DNA of 64,000 nucleotides from the human T2T-CHM13v2.0 reference genome, Homo sapiens: NCBI RefSeq assembly GCF_009914755.1, contig NC_060926.1; one strand, given 5' to 3'. Of this stretch, positions 28,121 through 41,045 are shown one piece after another. The position numbers were made by a program, and so were the translations under genes. Below the pieces are notes generated by a model that saw nothing but the letters and a program-made list of their open reading frames with translations, made no database searches and was not told the origin of the DNA. Positions within the stretch are counted from its first letter, which is position 1, and every line of letters begins with the position of its first letter.

Positions 28121-31100
28121 TATTTTAATAGCAAAATAATAACAGTAATAATAATAATGATGATGATGATGTGGAAAATCCTTGTAATAGAAAGGCTGGG
28201 TTTTTCCTCATCACTGAGCCCCAGAGCAAAAAAGGTTGCAGTAACTTTTCATTTTCCCAATCATTTACGACTAGAAGCCTACGATGGTCTATTCCCGAGA
28301 CCTTCCCCTCCCCATCCAGCCAGTCACCAGCCAAATCTTGTCAATTCTTTCTACACAATATCTTGAATCCATTCTATTTAATACATTCACACTGCCACAT
28401 TTTACATCTTTATTTCAACTGAGACAATACCTTCTAAACTCAGGCTCTGCTCTCACCCATTTTAGCAAGCTTGCTCCTATTGACCTCTGTTCTTCAAACT
28501 CTACCCTGCAGTCAACCTAACCTGAACTACCCACTACTTCCCTGATAAAGCCCATGTTTTCTATCTTCAAATCTTTGCTGAATCAATGTTCTTTTTACCT
28601 GAAATGTCGCCTTCCATGATGCAACCAATTATCCTGTCTCCTGAGTTAGAAATTTTGTTCAAGTTCTTCTCCCTCTCCTTCCAAATGCAGTCACGAGAAC
28701 TTTTGGAGGACACAGATCCCTCTGACAAATGGATGAAAGCTATGAATCTCTACCAAAGAAACAGCCAATGTATGCACATTTTGCATACAATTTTAAGGGC
28801 TTCCTGTATTTCAGTATCTATAAAATTTGGTCACTCCTCCTGCCTACAATTTAACTGACTTCTTTTGGGTCCTCACTAGCTCTCAGCAGTTTTAACAACT
28901 AGCTAGCTGGTTTCCCTGCCCAGTTTCTCCCCTAATGTGCACCAGTATTATCTCCTGCATGCCACCAGTTTACTTCGCAAAGATTCCTGTCTGCTTTTTT
29001 TTTTTTAAATCACTTACACCTACAACTCAATTAATTATAACTCAATGTTTCTGAGCCCCTCTTAAACTTTCAGTTTAAACAAAAGAACTATTCACTGTCT
29101 TAGAATTGGTCTGATACATTTAACATATAAAACTGAGAATACAAAATAGAGCCAAAGTACTTTCTAGAATATCTGAATTGGCAGGGTTGGGTTGATCACA
29201 AATGGTCTTCCAAAAAGGATTTATAGGCAGTTCTCCAAAGAGGAGAGAGACAAAGAGATTTTGTCTTAGAACAGAGAAAGAAAATGCTGGACGATAGGAC
29301 CGATAACTAAGAAAAAAAGGGGGAGATTTAAGAATCTAAGACAATTCAAAACAATGAGGCTACATATTTGCTCCCAACCTACACAGCACCAAAACAATGA
29401 GACTGGAACCAATTTTGCAAAGTGATACATCAACTAGCAAAGTAAGAAACAAACAAGGTAAGAGTGCTTTCTTCTCTCTTAGCCCCTACTTCCCCTTCCC
29501 TCTCTTCAGCACTCCCTGCTCCTCCCCATCTTGCTCTGGAGCTTTGCAGCCTCTGCAGTGCACACCTAAAACTCCCCAGACACACTGAAAACTCCCCTGG
29601 GTTATACACTAACAGCTGCTTCTACAATGCTGACATTATCTGTACCTTGTACTTCTTACAGAAATCCTTACTCTTCCATTATACATTAAAGAAACCTCTA
29701 AAGAAGCCACACCTCCCACTGCACGGCCCTTTCAAAAAGGGAAAAGCTTGCACATGTATCTCGGAACTGGAAATTAAATTAAATTAAATTTAAAAAATGA
29801 AAGAAACAAAATGAAAAATACAAACATATATATGAGGAAAAAAAAAAAAGAAGCTAAGAGCCAAAAAGCAAGTTTGCAATGAAGACAATCATATGTATTC
29901 ATAATAAAATAAACCCAAAGGATTCCAACATAGGTAGGACAGTCTTGGCTTGTCACATTTAATACAGAAATTAAATGTGGAGAAAATTTATCTGTCCACA
30001 AAACAGCTGTAAGTCAAATGAAAACAGGTGATTGTGATAATGCCTCTATATTTAGAATATTTAGAACAGCTACTCTCCTGAAAAGTAATCTAGAATATGA
30101 AATTTCATATATATAGCTACGTTTCCCCCTCACTAACTCATGTACATAAATTTGTGCCTTAAAAATGTTTCAAAAAGTACAGAAGGCATATTTAAAATAT
30201 GTATAAAAAATAGGAAAATTTTAAGTTATTAAGTTAAAAAGTATCTGTCAGAAACAAGTGATTTCTAAAAAGGTAGGACAGGAGTTTGCAGGAAACAAAA
30301 ATAATACATAAAGAATAGGAAAGGACCACCCCTCAAAACTCAGGCATTAGAAACAAGCAGTACCTTCATGCGTGATTGAAATTCTCAAAATGAATTCTTT
30401 GCAATTTCACCACAATTTTGAGACATTTAAAAAATACAATTTTCTAGGTTTCGTTTTGTTTTGTTTTTTCACTGTCTTTTTCTTGATAGCCAAAGGACTG
30501 CATGCTCATTGTGGGGGACAAGAGAGACTGGATGGTTGAAAAAAATGTAAAGGATCATAAAAAACAGTCATTTGTGATTCTATAGCAGAGGAAGCCATTT
30601 GTTAATATTTTGGCATATTTCCTTCCAGTTTTTAAAAATACATTTTTGAGATTGTATTGCATATACAATTGACAAACAAAAGATAATCTTCTCTAGTTTA
30701 CATTACACTGTTATGAAATTCCATATGTTTAAATGAATAAAGTGGAGCCAACATAGATTTCTATGTATTAGGGTACTGTTCTGCGTAACACCAAGTTTCT
30801 TGCTGCTGCTGTCGTTATATTAAGTGTTAAGTCCCAACAGTTATATTGATTTTTTATTTTAGTCCAGGATTTCATTTGCTCCATTTAATTCTTTCACCTT
30901 ATCCTAATTCCAGGAAATGCTTTCTTCCTTTCCTCACAGTGTGTTCTATACTATTTTAAAGTTTACACCAAGATTTTAGAATGTGTTAAGCAAAGCATTC
31001 TGTACAGATGCGAGTTTAAAAACAAACACCCACTAAACACCTACAGATGTCCAAGGACAAAAAAAATGTTTATTTTTCTGAGTAATGCAAAGACGATATC

Positions 31101-31913
31101 TTTGAAAATCAAATACACAAACAAGACAAAGGAAAGAATTCAGGAAATAATTGTGCATATACTAATAATCAAACCTGTTTTCCAGCAAATTAAAAAGTAG
31201 CATTTTTCACTGATAAGAATGATCAATGCTCTTTTTACCTTCCTAATATATTTGCATGAAATAAAGAAGAAAGGATTGAAAGTCTTCCCCAGAGAGGAAG
31301 CAAATTCTGCTATCGAGGGCATAAACCATGACCAACTGTTTAAAAATATGGTGGGATCCACTTTTCTACTTCTTGGTACTTTCTTTTTTTAAAAAAATGT
31401 GGTTGAGAATTTCATTTTCAACCTCAGGTCCTTACCCTTTTTCAGGCTGCCCCTCATTCTAAACACAGTCCATTCTTAGAGGCTGTAAACACGGTCCATT
31501 CTTAGGCGACTGTGTCAAGGTCTCCCTAGACCACACAGAAGTCTCCTAGGACCACCCGCTGTTGCTTGCTCTGTGGGGACATTAATAATAGCACCTTAGA
31601 AGGATTAACAACAACAACCCTGTGAAGTGGGCACTATTATCTTTACTTAGCAGAAACTCAGACTTAGGGAGGTTAAGTGAAAAAGCATGCAAATGGTAGA
31701 GCCACAACTTAAGCCATAGTCTTTCAATTAGGTAGAGTGCAGGCGGAAGCATGGACCAAATGGTTCAAGGAGGTAAAATGTGAAACGTGCGTTATCAGGG
31801 CCTAAGGAATATGCTAAGGGGCAAACTTTTCAGTGGAAAAAGTAATAGTATGTCTTATTATCATGATTTTTTTTATAATGAGTTTTAAAAAGCGAATTGG
31901 ATTTCCCTGAGAG

Positions 31914-32047
31914 AGGGCTGCTAGATTTAGCAAATTCAAAAATGCAGTGTGATGAAAATCTGGGACATACTTATACTAAAAAATTATTCACTGTTTATCT
32001 GAAATTCAAATTTAACTCAGTGTCTAGTATGTCATCTGTGAAAGCCT
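31914..32047. mobile_element. MER53-like MITE
   Basis: agggctgctagatttagcaaat...tgggacatacttatactaaaaaattattcactgtttatctgaaattcaaatttaact. Confidence 0.75.
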
Positions 32048-33859
32048 TTATAAAACAAACAAAAAAACACTAATACATTCAAGAGCTACAATTCCCACAT
32101 CTGAAATCTGGACACTGTGGGCCACATGTCTTTGGGAGGCCAAGTAAAGGGAAGTGTAGTGAGGCCACAGCTGTTCTTGACGGGCTTTCTTTTTCCTAGT
32201 AGCAGACACAGCCCTTGACTCCAGGGACCTAGCTTTCACCACGTAGGCCACTTAAGATGTCACTGCCTCAAAACTCCAGACCTTCTCTATATGGATGCTA
32301 TGAAGATTAAATATGACTGAGGTTTATACATCCTTAAAATATTTATTTATTGGGTGAGTACTTTATAAATATATTCTCAGAAACCTGGATCAGATAGACT
32401 CTTACCCTCCTAAGAAAGGTCTCAAAAATAAAAGTACTAATATATGGTGAGCCCAGTTGACAGTAATCTCTAAAAATAAGGAAAAGTAAAAAACTAGAAG
32501 TATGTTCAAAACCTGAAGTGAACTATGGAACATGTAATGAGATGCCAAAACGGTCCCTAGTAGAAAAAGTGGACAATCACGATGAATTGTACAGTTTTCA
32601 AATGGCTATGTATGGGTAGATTTTAAAATATCATCATCATGACTCATAGATCCTACCTGACCACAAATACACAGAGATAACATAACATAAAAATGGGCCA
32701 ATACCTTACTTATACATACCAATTTACCTTTCTGCTACTCTCCACTAAACCTCCAATCTCTGTAGCTTGAAGACGTTTACTTTCTTTAAAACAACAACAA
32801 ATTGGGACTGTTTCAGGCAGTGTTCATTTAAATATCTTCTATGCACAAGTTTAATCTTCAAACTTTAACAAAACCCAATCTACTAAACACAAATTGCTGT
32901 GAACAGAAACTGCCTGAAGAGGATTAATCAACAGCTTTGTATGTCATCCTCTAAACAAGGCCAAACACTGAATCACTGTTGAATTCCTCACGTGCAGCTA
33001 CACCCAGTTAATCTTGAAGAAGGCAGTAAACTATGTAAATCTACTTAAACTGGGAAGATAAGTACTTCCCTCATCAAAAGTTAGCAACATTTAACAAGTA
33101 CAACTATTGGAGGGCAAGACCATTAAACACACACAGATATAAACACACACATACACACATGCAGAAAAATTTTGCATTCACTCCCCTACCTCCAAAACCC
33201 TACTGGAAACCACTAGGACAACATACTGCTTAGCAAAAAAGGCCTTCCTACATGCCACGATGTGCAGAAACCAAAGTATGGTTGGTTTGTAACTTAGCTA
33301 CCTCAAGAAAGCAGTTCCAAAATGGAAGGAAACAGGAAGAGGAGTAGCTAATAAAAGAATTCAAGAAACAACACAAAGGAAAAATGAAAATACCAATTTT
33401 CTATATCTAAAAGCCTTTGAGTATAAATCACTTTTTTTGTTTCAAAACACACTAAAATATTTTCATAGCTACAAAAGTCCTGATAAATGGTTTCATTTTG
33501 GTTTTTGGGGTGCTCTTTTCATACGATCAGATTGGATTTGCTTAATGAACACCATATACTTCAAAGTCACAGTCAACAGTAATAGAACGTACACATTTGT
33601 CCACTGAGACTTGAACCAATCATCTTTATTTAGATACTGCCTACTCGGTTATCACTCCATTCAAAAGCTTCTCACTTTGACTTGAGCTGAGCAGGTGTAT
33701 TTCTAATGTGCTCACAGGCCTGTGAGGCAGGAAAATCCTGTTGATCCCAGATGATGCCAGAGATCAGTACTCCCTGATGCCCTAGCTACACTACGTGGGG
33801 GCAGGTGAGAGATGAGTACCAACCACCCCTGCTTTAACTGAAACTAGCTCACTCCTACA

Positions 33860-34135
33860 CAGTCGACCCTCCGTATAAAGAGGTTCTGCATCCGCCTACT
33901 GTGGATTAAAAATATTTCAGGGAAAAGCAATAAAAATAGCAATAAAACAATTTGAAAATAATACAGTATAACAATTATTTACATAGCATCTACATAGTAT
34001 CAGGTATTATAAGTAATCTAGAGATTAAAGAATACGAGAAGATGTACATAGGTTATATACAAATACTACGCAATTTTATATCAGGACCTTGAGCCATCCT
34101 GGAACCAATCTTCCTCGGATGCTGAGAGATGACTG
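33860..34135. mobile_element. Tigger3/MER7-family TcMar MITE
   Basis: TIRs CAGTCGACCCTCCGTAT ... ATGCTGAGAGATGACTG|TA; internal tatttacatagcat...ggtattataagtaatctagagat. Confidence 0.8.
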
Positions 34136-34394
34136 TATATGTAAAATGTAGAAAGCTTTAAGAGTTGTACAATCATTCAGTACAGCCACATTTTTATATC
34201 AATGCTGCTTCCAAACATCACAAACTTACCATCTGTATCATCCATTTGCTTCATCATTCACCTCCTAGCTCACAAGTTCTCCCTCCCCAAAAAGGTGGGA
34301 GGAATCCCTAAACTGGACTTCTGAGATTAGAAGGGTGATGGGCTATGATGCAGATAAGTTCTCTATGGGTTGCTATTGAGCAGTACATGTAGGC

Positions 34395-34645
34395 AGGCAG
34401 CCGTAGTGTGGTGGCTTGGAAGGGAGTGATTGTCAGGGTTCAAATCCTGGCTCTGCACTTTGAGTTGAATAGACTTTGGGCAATTTGCTTAATCTATGCC
34501 TCAGTGTTCTTAATTGTAAAATGGATATACAAATATTGCCTGCCTCACAGGGCTTTTAAGATGACTAAATGAGTTAATCTGCCAAAAACATTCAGAACAG
34601 CAATCAGCAGGTAGTGAAGTACTCAATGAAAGTTAGCTACTACTA
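34395..34645. mobile_element. MIR
   Basis: gggttcaaatcctggctctgc...actttgggcaatttgcttaatctatgcctcagtgttcttaattgtaaaatgg. Confidence 0.75.
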
Positions 34646-36465
34646 CTATGTATGTATAATGCAAGTGTGATTCCAAACCATTACGGTGTTTTTTCCAAAG
34701 GTGACTGTAAAGTATTCCTTACATTCCATTTTTTTTTTTCTGGCAAATTAGCTGAGATCAGCTCTAACAGCTGATTATGTATTTCTAGACTAAAATCAAA
34801 CTGCATCATATACCTAAAATCTGCCAATTCTTTCATCAAAATGAACAAACTAATATGAACTGCAAGGTTGAAGCTTAACATCACAAAATCTTATAAAAAG
34901 CATTAATTAGACTTCCCATTTAGGCTAAGCCAGGATGAGATCACAAAGTCACTCATGGTAACCAGGTCCCCGCGCTGGAAGTGTGCTTTCCCAGTGAATG
35001 GCTAAATACTAACAAAAGAAACCTTTGACTCAAATACCACTGGTACCCGGGGTCTTGTGTCTGTATAATGCCTACACATTCATTTCTTTCTTTGCCTATA
35101 GAAAAAAGAAAGTCTGTTTGTTTTTCTGATTCAGTCAGCCCTTTTAGTCTTTGAATCTAAGGAGAGCCCTGTGAAAAGAAGAGCATCTTATCAGCGTGCT
35201 CCAGACCAGCAGGCTACCCCCCTTCACACACAAAACCTCCAGCCCCTCACAGCCAAAGGCCTCGCCCTCAGAGCCTTTTCCCCATTTCAGAGCTAACACC
35301 CCGCCGGGTTTTGACAACAAATAAATGAATACACAAGGCCCTAACATAATTAGCCATCTTTTCAGGTAGAGTGAGGTGGGTGGGGGAGGAGGGGTTGCAA
35401 GGGGAATGTTTATTGTAAATTGGCTGCATTTATGAAGTTGATGTAAGTGTACTGGATCCGAGAGCATTTCTTTTAAATGAAGCCACATGAAATGACTTCG
35501 AGATGCCTGCTTCTGAATCTTGACTATCTTAGCATATCCTTCAGCCGAGTCATAAATGCAGATTTTATTTATTTAATTAATTAAAGGAAAGAACTTCTTA
35601 ACCCAGGTAAAAGTTCCATGGACTTCCACATCAAGGGCACACAGACCACGGTGTGTGTTTACTGCCTCTTTAAAGAAAAGTTAACATAGAAAAGAACCAA
35701 AGACCAGAAGGCAGAAAACATTTCTTTTCGACACTGCCAAAATACTTGCAAATACACTTACGCTAGGACATACACACAAAAAAGAATGACTCTGACGACA
35801 ACAAGACCTAAACATAATCAATAATCCTGTAAATACCTAAAGGGAAGCCACCAAGCATCACTGCCATCGGTCGTGATCTTAAGAGAGCCACGGTCTGCAT
35901 GGAAGGCTACAGTTCGCTTGCATCCTTTTTGGGATAATAACTTAATTGATTTGTCTCAGTGGCTAAGGATGCAGACAAGAGATTTATTATGGAGGAAAAA
36001 TATCTGCAATCCTGTTTTTGTTTTCTCAACAAGCATCTTGCCACTGACCTCTAAATCAATTTAACCTTTTCTAAACAGACTTGCACATTTTTTAGATAAT
36101 TTAAAGCTACGTTTTGTTATTGCTGCTGCTGAAAGGCTCTGTGAGATGTATCACAACATGGCTTCAGTAACCTTCTTTTAAAAACAAAGATGAAAAACAA
36201 AAGGCCTCAACTATAAGCTCCCAGCTCCATTCCTTTTCCCAGCAGGGGATTGTGATCTAACCACTGAAGTGGCTTTCGAGTTCAATCTGTTAAAAAATGT
36301 ATGAAACGGTATTAAAATAGGAAAGAGCATGTGTATGACTCAGGCATATCCAAGTATCTTCTGCAACTAGGATGTCACAGGATTTCCCTGTGCTACTGAA
36401 AACCTTGAGAAAGTGACAGTAGAAGTTCCTGTTTCTTTCTCTTTTTTTTTCTTTAAATGAGGGGG

Positions 36466-36524
36466 GCGCGCGCGAACACACAGACACACACAGAGACACA
36501 GACACACACACACACAGACACACG
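36466..36524. repeat. (CG)n + (CA)n/CAGA alternating purine-pyrimidine microsatellite at the CpG island edge (Z-DNA prone)
   Basis: gcgcgcgcgaacacacagacacacacagagacacagacacacacacacacagacacacgt. Confidence 0.85.
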
Positions 36525-36935
36525 TCTTCCGGGTTTCCTACGAATCAGACAGGTTCTCTGAGGTTCCTAGCGAAGACTGCACACCAGCGTGACGACTTAT
36601 TACCGCACTCCGCTACACACAAAGGTTTTGGGAAAAACCCAAACTTGTTGCAGAGCTGGGTGAAGCCCCCGGCCCGGCGCGCTTCTGCCCTCGCCGGCTC
36701 TCCGCTCCTGCCCCTGCCCCTTCCTCCACTTCCCACCCTGCCCGGCCCGGGCGGCGGCGGCGAGGGCATCTCCCCTGCTCAGGTCGCCGGCCGAGCAGTC
36801 CCCGCGGCCGCCTTCCTGGGAAACAAGGTCACCGCCCAGCCGGTCCCTCCGAGGAGGCGCGGAGCCCCTGAGCGCGGCCCCCTTTGTAACGCGGGGCTCG
36901 CCGACCTCGGCGCGGCATCCCGGCCGCCGCCTCAC

Positions 36936-37004
36936 CTGCTTGCGATAGGGCGTCCGGCAGTTGCTGCTGCCCCCGGGGTTGCCACTGCTGCTGGGGAAGA
37001 TCAT
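36936..37004 (-). CDS. RBMS1: RBMS1 alternative (internal-promoter) first coding exon, 23 aa MIFPSSSGNPGGSSNCRTPYRKQ, phase-0 splice donor
   Basis: ATG at 37004-37002 (gcagcgATGA, G at -3), then 23 codons ending CAG|GTGAGG, a consensus donor at 36935. The peptide matches my recollection of the SCR2/MSSP isoform N-terminus, which continues QSLVPAHPMAPPSPS in exon 2. No exon 2 sequence is seen in the window, so it should lie left of base 1. Confidence 0.88.
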
Positions 37005-37203
37005 CGCTGCGGGCGGCGGCGGCGGGTGCGGGCGCGGGCGCGGGCGCGGGGCAGCCTCGCCGCGAGGGGGAGGGCGCAAGGAGGTGGCCGGCCGGGCCCG
37101 GGGCCGCGGCAGCTCTGGGAACTCCCTCTCGCCGCGCGGCGGCGGCCGGCGGGGGCTGCAGCTCCGCGCTGACTTCCCCTCCGCCTTCGACCTCCGCACT
37201 CGC

Positions 37204-37269
37204 CTAAAAGTACGGCGCGGCAGCGGGCGAGACTCGAGCAGCTCGGGCAGCCGCCGCCCTGCGTGCCAT
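37204..37269 (-). other. Candidate upstream ORF (21 aa MARRAAAARAARVSPAAAPYF*) in the 5' leader of the internal RBMS1 isoform
   Basis: ATG at 37269 (tccATGG) to TAG at 37206-37204. It is out of frame with the main ATG and ends ~200 nt before it. Relevant only if the TSS lies upstream of 37269. Confidence 0.45.
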
Positions 37270-37281
37270 GGACGGCAGTTC

Positions 37282-37354
37282 GCGCGCGGAGCTGGCGGCG
37301 TCGCCGACTCTCCCGGCGGCAGCGGAGGAGCAGCGCCGCCGCGTCCCCACCTAC
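37282..37354 (-). ncRNA. MIR4785: Annotated microRNA hairpin mir-4785; mature AGAGUCGGCGACGCCGCCAGC at 37311-37291
   Basis: The reverse complement of 37291-37311 equals the mature hsa-miR-4785 sequence as I recall it. The 73-nt GC-rich span fits the precursor. Whether it is a genuine Drosha-processed miRNA is doubtful. Confidence 0.75.
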
Positions 37355-39418
37355 CGCGGCCTCAACCACCGCCCTGAGAGCGCGCCGGCCGGGGGCGGGG
37401 AGGCGGCAGCGCACCGCCTCGCGCCGCGCCCAGGCCCACCCGCGCCTCCCCGCCCGCCCGCTGGGCGCGGCGCCTGCCGCCCCATCGCCCGCCCGGCCCC
37501 CGCGCTCTCCCTCCCGGGATCGGGGCCGGAGCCGGGGCCGGGCGGCCCGGGGAGCAGCCGGCGCCCCCGCTCTGGTGCAATGGTTGGGTCTGGCTCCCCG
37601 CATGCCGCACATTCCTCGGAGTAGCCAACCCCCCTCCTCTGTTCTTTCTCCCCCTCGGTTCTTTCCTAAGCACCAGCGGCAGCTTTGCACCCCGGCTCGA
37701 AGCCCCTTTTAAGGTCGTCGCTTCGGGGACCACTCTGGCACCTCGGTCTTCCCTCTCTTCTTCACCTTTCGAACTAGGCCCCCCGCGCCACTCTTCAAGA
37801 AAAGGTGTGGACAATCACCCCTACTTCAACGAACACACGACCCTCCCGTCAAACCTCTGCAAATCTCCATCCCCCGATTCACACGCTAAAATTTTAGCAG
37901 AGGAAACAGCTCTCCACTCCCCAGCCCCTCACCCAAATACGATCGGTAAAGTTTTGTTTTATCCCTAAGCCAGAGTTTACCAGCTTTCCTTCAAGATGAT
38001 AATATCAAGGAGCGAAAATCATTTAAGGCCATCGGTTTGGTAAACCTTTCTCCCTAAAAACTGGAACAGTGTAATCCTTCCTTATGTTAATTATTAGATG
38101 CGACACAAATGTGTTTTCTTAGGACACAGAAACTCGGCAAAAAAGAGACAAAGGGAGGAGGGACTTCCCTTTGTTTCCCGATGTAAATGACCTACGGCTG
38201 CTCAAGCCGTCCCTTTTCTCGACCACCTTTCCGTGGACGTATGAAGCCCCGAACCTGTGCAGTGCAGAAGGCCTCCACAGCAGCCCGGACTGACAGAGCC
38301 TGCGGTCTCTGGATAAGCCACTGGGACGGGCTTGCCATCCTTCACATTGGCCTGTTCCACGGTGACTTTTACAGAATACTATCGCTGCAGTAAATACTAC
38401 AGAGTTCTTCCTTGGTTTCTGGTCTCTTAATACCTTCCTGGAAAGGCTCATCTGCCATGATAATGAAAAATCCTAACTTGTCTAAAAAGTGAAGGCGTAT
38501 GCCTTCTGGCTTCCCTAAGGAAAACAGTGTCCCCTATGGAAATGAAGTCTTCTGGCAAAGCTGTGGCCATTCAAAGGCTTTTCTAGCAGCAAGGAACTGG
38601 AAAAAATATTCATCCTAGATATCCTGCTGGTGACTTAGTGAACCTCTTCCATACTCAGGCTCTTCCAACATTCTCCAGCCAGATAACTGGAAAGCCTCAC
38701 CTATTATAAATAACCGTATAAAACACACATGTAATTCCTGATTCTTTTCATTAAAAAAAAAAAAAAGCAAAGTAACTTATTCTGGGCACAGTGCTAGGTG
38801 CACAATGGACGAGTAAGAACTTGCCAGACAAAATTTACGTAAAAATCTGTCCTTTAAAGTGATTAAGTATTAAACACAGTATAATGAGCATTCATTGAAA
38901 ATTGGTGTATCTGGTGGAACTATTTTCTGCTACTCCATGCATAAGACAACTGTTTTGACTTCCCTTTTGCTGTCTCCTCTCACTAGGACCCTTTACTGCA
39001 AGTTATCAAGCACAAGTATAAAATAGAAAACATTCATCAGAATGTTCAAGTCATAGGTGCCTTTCTCTGAGAACTTACTGCTCAACACCCCAGCAGCTCA
39101 GACCTGTCGTCTGTGCATCTATGGAAAAAATTCCCTGTACAACCTCAGTTGTCAAGAGTGGTCTCTTAGGAAACCACAATGTAAACCACAAAAGAAGAGA
39201 ATAGATTAATTTTTCTATGGCTGTACTCTAAGGTCATGATATTTTGGATGCTGTGCAATCCAGAATGCTAAAATTTGATTGGATACACTCTGCAATAGTT
39301 TTATGGGGATAAGAAAAGTTTTTAAGTGATGATGAAATTTAAATTAGAAAACTAAAAGAATTCTAATACTAAATACTAAGATATACTAAGAATACTAAAA
39401 GAATGTTAAAAAGACTCT

Positions 39419-39720
<302 letters not shown>

Positions 39721-40211
39721 TTAAAAGACTCTAAGACTAGAGAAGGATATCTAAAAGCCAACAAAATGTATGTTCTATAATGGTGAATGACATAAAAGGA
39801 GAGAATATAAGGCATATATGTTTTAAAAAAACAATGTCCACCGGGGTTCAAAAGTTCCAAACTTAACTAGGTACTGTGTTCTTAAGTAAAGCATTACAAA
39901 GAGATAAGATAGATTGTCTACCCTCAACAAAATCTAAAATGTAATGAAGTCACTCAAACACAAAGAATGCAACGTAAGAAAAAAAAACATAACTATGAGA
40001 CCCTGTATATAACATACACACTCAATTATAGATTATTCATAAGTGCTTAGTTGTAAGAGTGATTACAGGGACAGATCCTGGTGAGGTTCATCTGAAAAAG
40101 TTCCTCGACCTTTGAAACAAATATGTTCTAACACATAGAAAGTAAGAAAACAGTCCAGAGAGACTGCAAGTTATCATGGTAAAAACGGGGCTTTGGAAGA
40201 ACCTGTCCTAG

Positions 40212-40514
<303 letters not shown>

Positions 40515-40539
40515 AATGCTCATCCTCTTTCAAGGGAAA

Positions 40540-41045
40540 CAGACTTTGCTGCCTGGGCTGTCCTATGTCTTCCTCCCTCACCTCACTCAGCTGGTAGGTA
40601 AAGAAGCTGTGGGAATCTGATCCAAGGGCAACTGACAGGCCAGTGACCTATGACCTGGCTGGGACTGAAAAAATGAGCAGGACCAATCCAATTCTCACCC
40701 TTGGGGATTTGATTCTGAAAACTCCAATGGCTGAACCAGTTACTAAGGGGCCAGCAACTATAAGAGTGCCAGGGGTAGAGTTGAGGCCACAACAAGCCAA
40801 AACCATATGCAAGCCAAGGTTATGAGGAAGCAGAAACTATGAGTAAACAGGAAGCTTACTGGCAGCGGGCAGAGAGTAGAGCATGCCAGGAGTGGGTGAG
40901 CATTTGGCCATGAAATGATGGAGGGGGCTGCAGTCCCTAGAGCTGCTTTGGCTCTTAAGACTTACAACAGCCCCTCCACATGTGTACTTAAAACACCCTT
41001 CTTCAGAAAGCTTAAAGGAATCTGGACTTTGCAATCCAAGGAACA
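40540..41045. mobile_element. Old ERVL/MaLR-type LTR remnant (tentative)
   Basis: LTR-like phrases (aggaccaatccaattctc...ggggatttga; cttaaaggaatctggactttgcaatccaag); family not resolved. Confidence 0.4.

Larger units (their letters stand above)
36460..37800 (-). promoter_or_regulatory. CpG island / internal promoter of RBMS1
   Basis: Abrupt shift to very GC- and CpG-rich sequence. Contains a GC box GGGGGCGGGG (~37391), E2F-like TTCGCGCGC (~37279) and ETS CTTCCGGG (~36526), and surrounds the first coding exon. Confidence 0.9.

Noticed and set aside
36600-37199. 199-aa ORF as a complete single-exon protein
   Set aside because: Only 36936-37004 matches a known peptide and it ends at a consensus donor. 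The downstream part is intronic read-through of GC-rich sequence.
36645-37814. Several overlapping 138-229 aa ORFs on both strands
   Set aside because: Stop-codon scarcity in a CpG island. The products are low-complexity Arg/Gly/Pro/Ala with no recognisable domain.
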